64,000 nt of DNA from Octopus vulgaris (lineage: Eukaryota), in contig OX597817.1 in assembly GCA_951406725.2 (NCBI GenBank), positions 102,486,001 through 102,550,000 of the forward strand, read 5' to 3'. The translations under genes and the position numbers were made by a program. This document shows positions 37,066 to 50,619 of the stretch, one piece after another. Below the pieces are notes generated by a model. The model saw only the letters and a list, made by a program, of their open reading frames with translations, ran no database searches and had not been told where the DNA came from. Positions within the stretch are counted from its first letter, which is position 1. Each line of letters begins with the position of its first letter.

Positions 37066-40000
37066 CTTTGAAAGGTTACTCATGGAAAACCCCATAAAAG
37101 CCACAGGAGCCTGGTCAAAAACGGGGAGAGAGCCCCTTCCTCTTTTATATTCCTTTTTTTTACAGGTGTAATCTCAGATTTGGTCCGTTCATACTGGCCA
37201 TTCTTCCGGCATTCACCCACCTGTCAATAAATTTGCTACGAGCCAACACTTCCCTTTCTACCTTCCTTTTCAAGTGAAACTTGAAAAGTTGATGAGGCAT
37301 TGGCCAAAGAGGAAAGTGTTTGACTTTAGCCCTTTCAAACGGGTCCACCATACGGTCACTAGACAAATGAAAATTGCCTTTTTCTCCCAGTTAAAGGAAG
37401 TCGGCGGGGCAATTTTCACTGTGGATTCAGCTGATGGTCAGATCCGTCCTACACGCGACAGTAGCTGTTCGACATAAACCCACAGGTCAGCAATACTTGG
37501 GCACTGGATGAGTGCGTGCAGAACGGTTTCGTCGCTCTGAGCGCACCTCGAGCAGGTTGAGTTTATTCCGAACAGGTAGCGCCCCTCGGTAGCGTTGTCA
37601 GGCGAGGAGCTTTTTGAAGTAATCCATGGGCCCCGGGCTGAAAGTTCTGCCAAACAGACTGCTTAGTTGGTCATCGTCGACGCCTAGAGTGAGAACGTCG
37701 TCGCACGTTTCCTACACTAACCCTCTATAGAACGCTAAAGTGGAACTGCTACCGATCGCATTGCCCGCCTGGCAGTGAGAGCTTGACGCCCTTTCTCGGT
37801 CTACATTTGATCCAAGATTGCCGCTCGGTCAAAGAGACGAGCTGTGGAAAGAAGAATCTGCTGAACGGCGACCCACACCTGCTCACCGTCCAGGAAACGC
37901 TTGAGATGCCATAGCCTGAGCGCAAGTCTGCGCATCAGTGACCACGGCATGCTGAGGCCTCCGTTCAGCAGCTGTTGAGAGCAGATGGAGCGCCTGACCA
38001 GTGGTACATGACCCTTCCACAAAAAGTCGAAGAGCAAGCACACCAGCTTGGCCAACCAGCAGTCGGGAGAAGGGACGACGGTCAAGCGGTAATAGATGAC
38101 GGATACGATGTACGCAGTCATCACTTCTGCTCGACCTTTCAGGGACAGCTTCCTCTCGGCCCATTTCTAGGTGAGATTGGCCACTCTATTTGACACCTCG
38201 TCCCAGTTTTTCTCAGTCTGGAGGTCCGGACCGAACCAGACTCCGAGCAGTTTAACGGAATCGTTTGTCCAGCGCCCCACGACGCTGTTGGACGGCATGG
38301 ACTTGTCCCTCCACCGATTTTTCCCCGTTAATTTTTGCACCTGTCACCTGTTTGTACTCTATTAGTGTCATGCCAATCAGGTTGATGTGCCTGTGGCTCG
38401 ACACCGTCATGGTGACGTCGTCGGCATAGGAAGACACGTTCTTTCCACATCCCAGATCACGCGGGATACCCTTCAAAGCCTCCAACTTCTGCAGCAATGG
38501 CTCGAGAGTCAATAAGTACAGGAGGGAGGAGAGAGGGCATCCTTGGCGGACCGAACGCGAGATGTTGTACGGCTCCGAAAGATGACCGTGCCCCCGTATG
38601 ACCGAGCATATGCCGCTGTACAAAATAGCGATCGACCCACGGAAGACCGGACCGAAACCGGTTGCTTTGAGAACAGCTGCCAAGTATCGATGGTCGACCC
38701 TATCGAAGGCTTTAGACTGGTCTAAATTGATCAAAGTCCCACCCGTGCCAACTTTGTTATCCACCCTCTCTATGATGTAGCGCATAAGATGGAGGTTATC
38801 GTGGATATACTTGGTCGGCACGGCGCATGTCTGCGCCTTGCCAATCACCTTGTCCACGACAAGCGCCAACCTCTTGTCTAGTACCTTGGCCAAAATCTTC
38901 AACGCTACATTGAGCAGAGTGAATAGTCTGGAATTCTCTATCACGTCCCCCTTGTTTGTGTGCTTTCTCAGCTGTGCCACCACCACTCGACAAACAAAAG
39001 CAGGGATTCTCCCGTTTTGTTGCCAGTCGCAGTAGACGTCCGCCAAGAGGCCCGCATTGAAATGTAAAGCTCGTAAGGTAGACCATCCCAAATCGACGAT
39101 CTGCCTCTCGTGCAGCTTTTCATCGTTTCCTCTACTTCCTAGGCAGATATCGATCTTTCGCAGCACTCCGCCTCGTTGGCCGAGAGTCGCGGCAGGCCAT
39201 CCAGTTACACACCGAAGTCTGTCCCGTTGTCCACCCCACAGCTCGTCCCGAACAGTCGAGCAAAGTGCTGCTGAAAGGCCGCACACATCTGCTTCGGTTC
39301 GAACACCTGGCGCCCGTTCTGGTCGACCAAAGACCGAATGGTCGCTTTGTTGCCACGCTTCACCTCCTCCACGCGGACCCATCGAGCGGCCTTAGTCCCT
39401 TCCCTGCTTACCGAATGTGCTCTGACAACGCAGCCTTCGTGTCTGGCGTCGAAGTGGTGGTCGAGAGCGAACCTGGCTGCCAACAGGTCGGTTGCGATGC
39501 ATGTTCTAATAGCCTCGTCTAAATTTCTAACTAAATCCCGCTCTGTTTTCTTTCGTTCTACAGCTAAAGCCTTACTAAACCTAATCGATTCTGCTCTAAT
39601 TGCCCTCTTGAGAGCAAACCACTAGTTGTTATTGATGATTGCTCCTGTCAATGCCCGCTTAACTAATAAACTAATCCGGTCTTTGTAAGCTTTGCACGCC
39701 GTTAACGACGCGTTTAGTTTCCAGTAACCGGAACCCTGTCTATGGAGCCTATCTAAGTTGACCGTACAGATCACGAATTTGTGGTCTATGTAACCGACTA
39801 TGTGGAATTGTGGACACCATATGTTGTCCTTATCCGCTGGCCTACAGAAAACTCTAAGTACGATCTAGACGACCCGATGCTATTAGTCCAAGTCCACATT
39901 GGCACATTCGGGTTGTCTAGTCGATACCTGCCAGACAGCTGAAAGCGTCTAAGTAGGTTGGCGAGGCTTTTGCACCTCCTCTCCTATCAGATGCTCCCAC

Positions 40001-43000
40001 ACCCACCCTACCGAAACGTTCGTCTAAGCGTTCCAATCCCCTACTAGCACTAAAGTGCGAGACGCGCCCAGGAAAACCTCCAGACGCTTGAAATAATCCG
40101 ACTGCCTTGCTCCTGTCGGAGCGTAGGCAGCCAACTGTCTGAAGGCACTTCCGTCACTACTGTCCACGTCCAGGACCACCAACTTATCCTCTGGATCTAG
40201 GAAGACTGCCTTCATTTTAAAATCCAGGCCTTTCCGGAATAGCATCGCAGTACTACTACCGCCAGCTCCCGGCCGACATGAGATAGAAAAGTCTCGTATC
40301 CGCCGAAAAGAGCTGCGAGTTCCCGCGAGTCGGAGAGCCTAGTTTCGCTAATGGCTGCTATATCCACACTGTAAGACCTCAGGTCGTTTAAGAGGTGACC
40401 TTGTTTCCTAGGCGACCCGAAGCCACTCACATTTATGCTACCGATTCTGAGCACAGCCATGTTTTAAAAAGATTTATGAAGGAGAAAAAACTTCTACTTA
40501 CCGCTGTTGTCTGGTGGGGTGGCTCCCTTATACTTTTGTGTGGGTATTTCCACCAGATTTTTGTAAAGTTTTTTCGAGGAATTTTTTCCAAGCGACCCAA
40601 CATCATTTGGAAATTTGATCTTAATTATTTCGTAGTTCTCACTAGATATTTTCAAAGTATGTGTGTTGGTGGTGTGTTGTGTGTGCGTATGACAAAATCT
40701 GCCATTGTATTTTCTTTCAAGTATGTGACAAAGTGTTCATTGTTCGTGTTTATTGCTGTGATGTTGGTCTTGGTGGTGGTGGTGTCTGTGTGTGTTGTAA
40801 TTTGTGTTGGTGTTTGCGGTGGTAGTGCTGGAGAAGGTGTTGCTAAGTGTTGTGAGTGCATGTTGTTGCTGTTGTTGTTGGGAAGCTCTACTTTCTCGTA
40901 CCTCCCCACTTTGTCAGCTGTTTCTTTACACTTCTTTTTTCTTTTCTTTTTCGGAGGCACTGTGTGCCACTCTCCTTTCTCACTATTAGTACTCGCACTG
41001 TCCGAGCTGATTTGGTCGAGAAAAGGGATGTCTTTGGGGTCTGTTTCAGTATTTTTAAATGCAGTTTTATCTGTTGTTGTTGTTGGTGTTATTTCTGCTG
41101 AAATTGGTGTTGTTGTTGGTGGTGGTAGTGAAGGTATACTTGTCCTGTTCGGTGCATTGTTGTTGGTGTCGGTCTGGTGATGGTTGGAGGTGGTGTCGCT
41201 TTTGGTGGTGGTGGTGCGGAAGCTTTCGTTCTCTGCTTCCGCTACATCTCCTGTTGTTGTTGCTGCTGTTGCTGTTGTTGTTGTTTAGCAACTACTGGCT
41301 GTATAGTTGGTTAGTGCTGCTCCTCAATCACCACCTGCTTCTCCGCCATCTTCAGTCATTTCTCCCACACCTTGAGTGCCAGTCTGGGCTCCTTCGCAAT
41401 CGCCTCGGGGTCCGTCAGCTGACTGTGGATCGACGGATGGATAACTGGGCACTCTAACAACACGTGTTCTCCCGTTTCTTCACCCATTTTGCAATTGCGG
41501 CAAATAGGGTCCTCAATTCTTCCAATCTTGTGCTGCCAGCTTCTCAAATCCGGATAGTGGCCGCCTCGCAATCTGCTAAGCGTGACTTGTTCTTGGCGAG
41601 TCAACTGTCGTTCCTCGATGCGATTGAGCTTTTCTCCTCTTTCACCATAAACCTTTCGCAACCGTTCATGCTGCATTGGAGGGATTTTTATCGATCGTTT
41701 GATAGCCGCCTTTGATGCTGCATAATGCCAATCTGTCCCCTCTTGATCTTGTTCAGATCTCTCTTTCGCTTTCTCATCCGCCAGCTCATTCCCTACGATC
41801 CCGCGATGACTGGGGCACCACATGAACGTCAGGTCGCATTCTTGTTGATGAAGAGTGTGGAGTAACTCAACAACTTCTCTTTCATCATCCAAGTCATCAA
41901 TGTAGAGCAGGAAAAGTAGCGGAGAAAGCACAGAACCCTGAGGTACACTTTCCTTGAATACCAGCTTCTTGCTTCGCTTGCCCTCATACGAAACCCAGTT
42001 CATTCTGTTTGCCAGCCACGCTTGGATCCATCTGATGATATATATTGGAATTTACTTCTTTGCCATCTTATTGATTAAAGCATCCCGCCAAACCCCATCA
42101 TACGCTTTTGAGAATTCAATCAACGCCATCACCGTTCTTGCCATTGGTTTCTGTTGGACGCCATCATTAATCGTCTGGGACAATCTGAGGAGTTGATCTT
42201 CGGTACTCCTTCTTGGCCTAAAACCTGCTTGATCTTCGGTTAAGAGCCTGTTACTTTCTATGATGTACCGCAATCTATTGCACACTAGACGTTCCATCAC
42301 ATTGACCACTACTGAGGTAAGCGAGATCGACCTGGAAAATTGGTTCGGGTTTTTCCCCGGTTTGAGCATAGGCCGTATGTCTGCATTGCACCATTCCTGC
42401 GGGACTTGGAGTGAGGCCCAGGACTAGTTGTAGATGTCTGTTAGAGCTTTTAGGGCATTGCTCCAAATGTGGTGCAGAAGGCGTGGGTGGATATAATCTG
42501 GACCCGCTGCTTTGGAAGGATTCAGACTATTGATTGCAGCTGCGACCTCGCTTTTAGTGAACTCTTTGCTTATTTCTGAGTCATCTTGGTGCTTACGGAG
42601 AAAACCATTTGTTACACCTTTCATGCCTCTGTCTTCTTTGGCAATCTTGAGGGAACTTGCAGACTGGTAGTACCTCGCAAAACCATTCGCCTTCTCAAGA
42701 TGAGTAACATACTTTTTGTCTCCCTCTGTGATTATTCGTGCTGGGTGTTCTCTACGTGGGTTAGTCGGACTGCACAGAACTCTCCACATTCCTTTCATAG
42801 ATGTTACCTTCCTTTGCCAAACCTCTAGCCTTCTTTCTTTGATCAACTCTTTCAATTTCTCATCTTGCTCCCGGAACTCGTCCGTGCGAATCTCCACTCT
42901 TTCGCGGATGACATCCCTTTCTTTTTCTGCTTTGGCAATTTCACGTGTTCTCCAGCACTCATTTGACATCCTAACCGCCTTCAAGCCAATCGTTTTCCCC

Positions 43001-43163
43001 GATGATTTTAAGATGCGTTCATTAAACAGTTTCACCTCGTCACTCAAGAACGACCCCCACCGTGGTGTTGGGCGTTCTCAACTCGAGAACGACCTCCCAG
43101 TGGTGTTGGGCGTGCCAATTGGCCACGAACAGTTCTCAACCAACAACTACCGGCTGGAATTAC

Positions 43164-43218
<55 letters not shown>

Positions 43219-44090
43219 ACTGGAGATGTTTTTGGCGACTTCTTTTTTCTCTCCGCCTCCATTATTTCCTTTTAAACGGGGCAGTCTACTTTTAAATGCT
43301 TTTCGCTGCTGCAGAGGTAGCACTTTGGCATTCGCACCTCTACAGCAACATGCAGCCTTGTGCCGTCCGGCAAATTTATATAGTCGGGTATGGCATTTAT
43401 GCTTTCTTGGTCAATTTGAACAAGGAGTTGCATACCTATACCCTACCAGTTTTGGCTGTGCAATTTGTGTATTTTCAAAATAGTGACAGTGTCTTCTATG
43501 TCGAAGAGGACAGCTGCCACTAGCCAGCATATATTTAGTTCAGGAGGCACTAGTTCAATTTTTATCGTGGTTGCGCGCCAAGGTATGTCGGCACGAGCAG
43601 CAAATCCTCAGTTTTGAGGGGTGTTGTCGAATGCTGTTTTGAATCCTCTTCAGCTGGGAAGCGAACTTCTACTGTTCGCTTCCCCTTAGTAACGAAAGAT
43701 TTTTTTGCCCCATATGGGCTTCAGTGCCCCTTCAATTTTTTATGTTTGAGATTAAACATTTTGTAGATTATTGTCCTTTTGTTGGTCTGTTGTATTAGTT
43801 GTTGTGGAGTGTTAAGGAAAACATTGTTTCCACCCTTTCTTAAAAATTCCTTTGCATTTTTTATTTCATCCATTGTAATCTTGATTTCTTCCGAGCTTTG
43901 CTTAGCTACGGATACGAAACCGTTACAATGGGTTTTGTTGTTGGTCTTACTGTTCTCTTCAAAGACACTTTGGCAAAATATGTATGTTTCAATACAAAAT
44001 TTCAAAATTTTTGAAACGAAAATTTCGCCCCTAAAAGGGGGAAATTCCGCCTAACCGACTAGCTCAGCAAGAGACCAGTCGCCTTGGCTA
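37066..44090 (-). mobile_element. Tx1/L1-clade LINE, near full length (ORF1 about 44005-40480, ORF2 40460-37160), disrupted
   Basis: ORF2 shows APE endonuclease (IGSINVSG, ISETR, VGDWN), RT (LDQSKAFDRVDH, VRQGCPLS, YADDVT) and C-terminal CSRC..ETVLHALIQCP. ORF1 has a CYLC..KHLKVDC CCHC knuckle near 43330-43280. Confidence 0.9.
41302..43142 (-). mobile_element. I-group (I/R1/Nimb-like) LINE fragment with RNase H, nested in Tx1 ORF1
   Basis: KAAGPD, DQAGFRPRRSTEDQ, FSKAYD, VPQGSVLSPLLFLLYIDDL, WCPSHRGIVGNELADEKAK (RNase H) and CRNC..ETGEHVLLECP. Flanked by near-identical 14-mers. Confidence 0.85.
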
Positions 44091-44287
44091 CACAAATATT
44101 AAAAAATATAAAGGTGTTCAACAATATTTCCAGTAAAAATTGGCAAAAAACCTACAGCATCTGGAGACACGTCTGTCCGTTTTGAAAACAACAAAACAAC
44201 AATAACAACAACAACAACAATAACAATAATAATAATAATATCGAAAAATATCTTAGGAATGAGAACCCAGGTTCGAAATTTCCCCAA

Positions 44288-44333
44288 GACACCTGATGAA
44301 GGCTGGAGGGTATATCAGTCGAAACGTTGTGTT
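44288..44333 (+). ncRNA. Minimal type I hammerhead ribozyme with canonical CUGAUGA core, inside a short repeat (about 44240-44410)
   Basis: GACAC-CTGATGA-A-GGCTG(10 nt)CAGTC-GAAA-CGTT-GTGTT; palindromic AACGTT at stem III. Confidence 0.8.
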
Positions 44334-44900
44334 AACAACAAACAAGATGAGGACAAATATCCGTCAAATATAAATAATATACTTAATTCCTCGTCTCTTA
44401 AATATAGAAATGAAAAACAGAAAGTTCAAAAAAGTTCAAAAATGTTCAAACATGTATTGGAGCGATTTTCATCGATGGAGGTGAAGTCAAGTGAAGTCCA
44501 TATGTATATCCGTAGTACTCCAGGTGGAATACTGGTATATAGATGAGGAGAGGTGCAGAAATTTCAGGTAGAAGTAAGTCCGAAGTGTAGGAGGTTAAAG
44601 CAGGATAAAACTAGTGTGACCCCGTGAACGTGCAATATATACAGTTAAAATACCGTTGCGATCAATTTTGCTTTTTAGCCCTTTCAGGGTCAATAAAAGA
44701 GTAAAAATCCAGAGTAGTAGATCAAAGGAACTACTAGAATATTGGACGAGATGCCTTATTGTATCTGTTTCGGTCCTTTGCATTTTGAAAGGAATACTTG
44801 CGATGCTACTGAAACCAATGGGGAAAGAGGAATGGGCAACCGCCATTCTTCGGCAAAATGCAGATAAATGGCCAACCTTCAACGACGGATGCTCCAGAAG

Positions 44901-45000
<100 letters not shown>

Positions 45001-45001
45001 T

Positions 45002-45615
45002 TATAGAGGCAAATTTGTTGTTGAAAATGCACCTGAATTTGAAAAACTTGTAAATGTTTAAAATAATTTTTTTTACATATATACCAAACTAGTTTCAACA
45101 ATGTTTTTTGTTTATCAATGGTAAGAATTTAGAATTATGAATTAGAAAAACATGCTTAAAAGTTTCAATGCTTATAAGTTTAAATATATCGGATTCCAAA
45201 ACACACCGTTACAAGCGAAAGTTCCTCCACAAAACGGAAAGAGAATCAGAGAAATTGTAAACCAAATTCATTTTTTACTATCTTCATTTCTCCCTTGTTT
45301 TTCTCCTGCTTAACTCAGTATGACTAAAACTTTGATGATATTTATTACCTGTCGATCACTACCAACACTAATAAACTTTGTACATTTAAGCAAGCTGATG
45401 CACAATTTTTATATTATTGACTGCTATGAACATTTAAACTTGTCAACAAATGAAACTTTTAAACATGTTTTTATAATTCATAATTCTAAATTCTTACCAT
45501 TGATAAACAAAAAATATTGTTGAAACTAGTTTGGTATATATGTAAATAAATTTATTTTAAAACAACTACAAGTTTTTCACAATTAGGTGCATTTTCAACA
45601 ACAAATTTGCCTATA
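45002..45615. mobile_element. Fold-back/MITE-like element with about 180-bp inverted arms
   Basis: AGGCAAATTTGTTGTTGAAAATGCACCT...TACCAAACTAGTTTCAACAAT mirrored at about 45430-45613. Confidence 0.8.
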
Positions 45616-45973
45616 TTTTTTTCCTGCGTGGAAATACACCCCCGCTTTTGTTATATATATATATATATATATATATTCCTGGAGAAGTTGTGTGTGTGTG
45701 TTTGTGTGGATATGTACTTTTCTTATATGTATGCACATCAATAACAAACACAAATATAGGAAGAAAGTGGGAACCAGTGTGAAAAGAAAGAATAATAGAA
45801 AAGAAAAAGAATATACAATGAAATAGAGAGAGAATAACAAATAGAGAGATAGATAGATAATAGATAGCTAGCGAAAAGAAACGAAGGGAGATTATACATA
45901 CACACACACATGTACATACATAGATACATACATGCATACATATATAAACATATATATATATATATATATAAAC

Positions 45974-46020
<47 letters not shown>

Positions 46021-46397
46021 TATATACACACACATTGAAGGGGGCGAGAACGAGAGAGAGAGAGGTGGGAGACTGAAAACAAAGGTGAGCGATGTCAGGA
46101 AAGATAAACAGAAATGAACCAACAGAAATACAAGACTAGACAATGTGAAGCAAAAGTAAGGAAATAAAAAGGAAATTGTAATACTAACAAGTAAAAAAAA
46201 AAGAAGCATATAACATAGAAGAAAAACACAAAATTCCGTCGTTAAACAAAGAAAAAACTCAGACGACGGGTGAAGTACTGGATAAGCAGAAGGGTCTAAG
46301 TGAAGGGTCGATGACAATAGAAGGTGGACAAACATAAAAGTGAACAAGAAGGTGAGTTGAGAGTAGAAGAAAGGAAAGAGAAAAGGAGCGAGCGAGC

Positions 46398-46443
<46 letters not shown>

Positions 46444-47269
46444 TAGAGAGAGATAGAGAAGGTTAACGATTAGACGAACAAGAGTCAAGAGCAACAGGTG
46501 ATAGCAAATGCTGACAGACGGAGAAAATGTGAAGTTTAAAGGAAGACTTGTTACAGTTTAAAACAAGAGAAGACCAGCACGTAAAATCAACATGTACAAC
46601 GAAGATCAAGTGTTGTACATAAGCGACCGAAAGAGGAAACAATTCGGAAAGTAGACAGAACAAGTCAGGACGTCTATCCTGAACCAGAAAACAAACTAAA
46701 GACCTGAAAATCAGAGTACAAAAGTATGAAAAAAAGAAAGAAGTAAATATACATAAGGCGGGAATTGAATTAAATTGTCGTTCAACAATGAAAAAGGTAA
46801 ATATTAAAACAAACTGAGTCTTTGTCGAACGAGGTAATTTTAGGAGCTATAAAACAGAAGCATATAGGTGAAAAGGTAATTTTTCAGTCATATCTCACTC
46901 GCATTATAAATGTGAAATTAGCACAAATTTCATAATTCTATTCATGAATTTTTAACAACATTTGCACTTTAAGGGTGAATATTTGCAGTGTTTTGGTCAA
47001 AAATACTGTAAATATTCTCCCGCTTCAGGATAACTTCAACAAAACATTTTTGAAATCTTGCCAAAAAAGGAGCTTCTACATGCTCGTCCAGCCTGCAAGA
47101 AGTAAGAGTCAAATCTTTCTCAAATTACACTCTACACATCTTGAAAAACGGGTGACAAATTAAATTATATAGTCTTGAATGCACTAGTCCTAGATACAGT
47201 ACCTAAAAGAAAGACGGTATGGCAATAGCTTGACTATCTTTCATCATAGATTTGGTCTTTCGCCCGGAA

Positions 47270-49947
47270 CTAAACAGCTGTTGCTGTGTATGTTAAATCT
47301 GATCTTAAACCGTCCAGCGGTATTCTACCCACTAATGCTCAACCTACAACAAAATTCGATGCCGTCTATTGCAAGCTGAGCCTATCCGGGTTTTGCCTGC
47401 CCGTGTTAGCTGTCTATAGCTGTCTTGCCGACCCCCAGGACGATGCTCATTTACTCGAAGCGATAAGATTCGTTTCAGCTTCTCATGACTGTTTGATATT
47501 AGGAGACTTCAACGCTCCCACGATCGACTGGCCCGCATCAATTTGTACATCATCTTCCCGGTTCGGCCAGGCCCTTCTTGACGTGGCTGAAGATTGTTTT
47601 CTATCGCAACATGTTGAATATGCGACAAGGCATCGGTCTGGGCAGCAGCCATCTATGCTGGATCTGGTATTCTCCCGCTATCCAAGATCAGTGTCAGGCT
47701 TATCTGTGTGCGTCCCTCTTGCCAAGAGTGATCATGCGGTCCTGAAGTTCGTCATGCACACAACTTTTTCTACGCCCACGACTACTTCGCTGCCACGTAG
47801 AGTCTTCTCTGCAATCAATCTTGAAATTCTAACCGAGGCTTCCGCGCTTCTGGACTGGCGATTCCTGATGACGAACTATGGTCGTCCCTCAAAGCATATG
47901 TAATCTGGTTGACTGACCAAGCAGTTCCCGTTGGGCTTCCCAAGAAGAAGAAACAAGCCCTGGGTGACGAAGAAGGTTAAACGAGAACTTCGACTCCGAG
48001 ATATTGCTTGGGCTGAATTAAAAAATCTAGATTCGACTGCAGCATTTGAGGTGCACAAAACTCAACGCGACCAAGCCGTGAAAATTGAAAAGGAAGAACG
48101 CTTCAGATATGAATACAGAATCGCGGCAAACGCCAGTCGCAATCCAGAAACCTTCTTTGCCCATGTCCAACGGAATTCCCGCTTGAACAACCAAATTGCA
48201 ACGTTGGTAGACTCAACAGGCGTATCGGCGTATCGATTGAGGACCCTTATCAACAGAGTCAGTTATTTGCCGAGGCTTTTTCAACTATTTTCAAACATGA
48301 TGATGGTCGTGAACCCCCTCCATTTGATAGATCGGTACCTCCAATGCTTAGATTGGTCATTACGCGGGACGAAGTCGAACGCGTTATTCAAGGTCTCGAT
48401 GTCAACAAGGGTCACGGCCCTGACGGCATACACCCACAGGTTATCAAAGCGTTGAGTCCGGTCATCTGCAAGCCTTTAACACTTCTATTCAATATGTCAT
48501 TGGCGACGGGTGTTATACCTGCGGACTGGAGAACAGCGATAATCTACCCAATTTTCAAGAAAGGGAGCCGCGAAGACCCGCTTAACTACCGACCGGTTTC
48601 CCTTACTTCAATAATCAGCAAGATGTTCGAAACCATCCTTTAGAAAAGTATGTTGCTCCACCTCCAAAACACAGCCTCTATCTCTGATTCCCAACACGGC
48701 TTCGTGCCGAAGAGATCACGCTTGACCAACTTACTGGTAATGGAAGAATTGGTGACACGTATCCTCGATGATGGTGATGCTGTTGACATCGTTTTATTGG
48801 ACTTTGCCAAAGCTTTTGACTCGGTAAACCACCGCCTATTACTTGTCAAGCTTCAAGCATATAGTTTCCATCCGGATATTGTACGATGGGTTGGTGCCTT
48901 CCTCTCAGATCGCTCCTTCCAAGTTCAAGTTAATGGTTCACTGTCCGCTCCAGTGCGAGCAGTGGCGTGCCTCAAGGTTCAGTGCTTGGGCCCTTATTGT
49001 TCTTAGTCTTCATAAATGACTTTCCCGACGACCTCACGCAACACACCCTTCTATTTGCCAATGATGTCAAACTGGTCGCTCCTCGCGGTGATATAGAGGA
49101 TCTTCGTCGATGCCTCCACCAAGTTTGGAGATGGTCTAACGAATAGGACCTGTGTCTGAACGTGTCAAAGTGCTGTCATCTGCCTGTTGGCTCTTCTCCT
49201 GCAACTCAACTTGATTTCGAACCGGGTCGTCTGCTGCTGGAGAGGACCGACCAGGTAAAGGACCTAGGTATCTTGGTGGATTCTTCTTTTTCGCCTTTGG
49301 CCCAGTGCATCCATGCTGCCAACAAAGCACGCGGAGTTCTGTTTTTGATTCGACGGTCATTCGGAATGCTCACAGCAGCCATATTCCTACCGCTCTATGT
49401 CACGCTGGTGAGACCCATATTGGATTACGGGATTCAAGCCTCTTCTCCTTATCTCCTCAAAGATATACATCATCTCGAAAGAGTCCAGAAGCTGGCTACC
49501 CGCATGGTTCTTGGTCTCAAGCATTTGTCTTATGAAGAAAGGCTGAAGACGCTTGACCTTTATTCTCTAGAAAAACGACGACGCCATGGTGATCTCATTC
49601 TTGCTCACAACATCATAAGCGGAAAGTGTAACCTCTCGAAAGAGCTGTTCTTCACTCCTGCTCCAGAACGTCGGCTGCGGAGTCACTCCGAAAAGCTCTA
49701 TCTGCGACGATTTCATCTCAATCGAAGGAGAGGGGCTTTCTCCGTCCGGGTTGCGGATTCGTGGAATAAGCTGCCGGACGAGATAGTGAAGATGCCGACG
49801 ACCGCTCGGTTCAAAGTCTCCCTTGACCACAAATGGCCTGAACTCTTTGCATGAACACCACCCTGTACATAACTCCATGTGCCCCTACATGGCCTTGCTT
49901 TTTGCTTTATGAGCCAAAAACTTAACTTAACTTAACTTAACTTAACT
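47270..49947 (+). mobile_element. CR1-clade LINE, 5'-truncated ORF2 (APE + RT), frameshifted, with (CTTAA)n tail
   Basis: ILGDFNAP.IDW, MLDLVFS, SDHAVL, KGHGPDGIHP, NYRPVSLTS, QHGF, LDFAKAFDSV and FSVRVADSWNKLP motifs; tail at 49921-49947. Confidence 0.93.
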
Positions 49948-50619
49948 AGCAATAATAATTCCTGAAACCAAATATTATCTCTAAAAACTGATGTGCACCG
50001 AGCTTGCATCACTAAACTCCTTTCCGTTTATTTCCATATGTTATGAAAGAAACGAACTCCCAAACAACCGTTTTCTCATACCTTGAAGACAATAAGTTGG
50101 TAAACTAGTTCGATTCCGCATATAGTTGCCCACGTTGCTGTTCTTGTTGGTGGTAGTGGTGGTGATGCCCTCAGCAGCAATCACTTTCACAAATATCACC
50201 CCGTTACGCTTTCTAACATTTGACAGAATTTGGTGGTCGAGTCCATTAGCTTGGCTAACAGAAAAAGGTTTTACAAGTTTTCAGAAAATATAAATAGCAA
50301 AGTCAACATCAGTGGAATTTGAACTCCGGAGTAATGGGACGTCTTATCATACACCACGCTGCAGCTGCAGAAATAACAATTTCTGATTGACGCACTAGGT
50401 TCATCAATTTTGAAGGGAGGATCAATCGATTAAATCGATTCCGGTACATACAACTTTCAGAGGGCTGAAAGACAAACTTAACGCGACGGGGGTTGTGGTG
50501 TCTAAACACAGGACATAAAAAGGCTGTAAATAAATACCACAAGGTATTTCATCTGACGCTTTACCGATTCTGTCATCCACTACCATTAAACCATTTTTAA
50601 CATTGATCACAAACTTGGT

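Noticed and set aside
40395-41180. 261-aa hydrophobic, membrane-like plus-strand ORF
   Set aside because: It is the antisense shadow of the low-complexity Tx1 ORF1
42716-43483. 255-aa plus-strand ORF with poly-Ala
   Set aside because: It is antisense to LINE coding sequence and spans an insertion junction
49921-49947. Telomere-like pentamer repeat
   Set aside because: (CTTAA)n directly follows the CR1 3' UTR and is the element's tail
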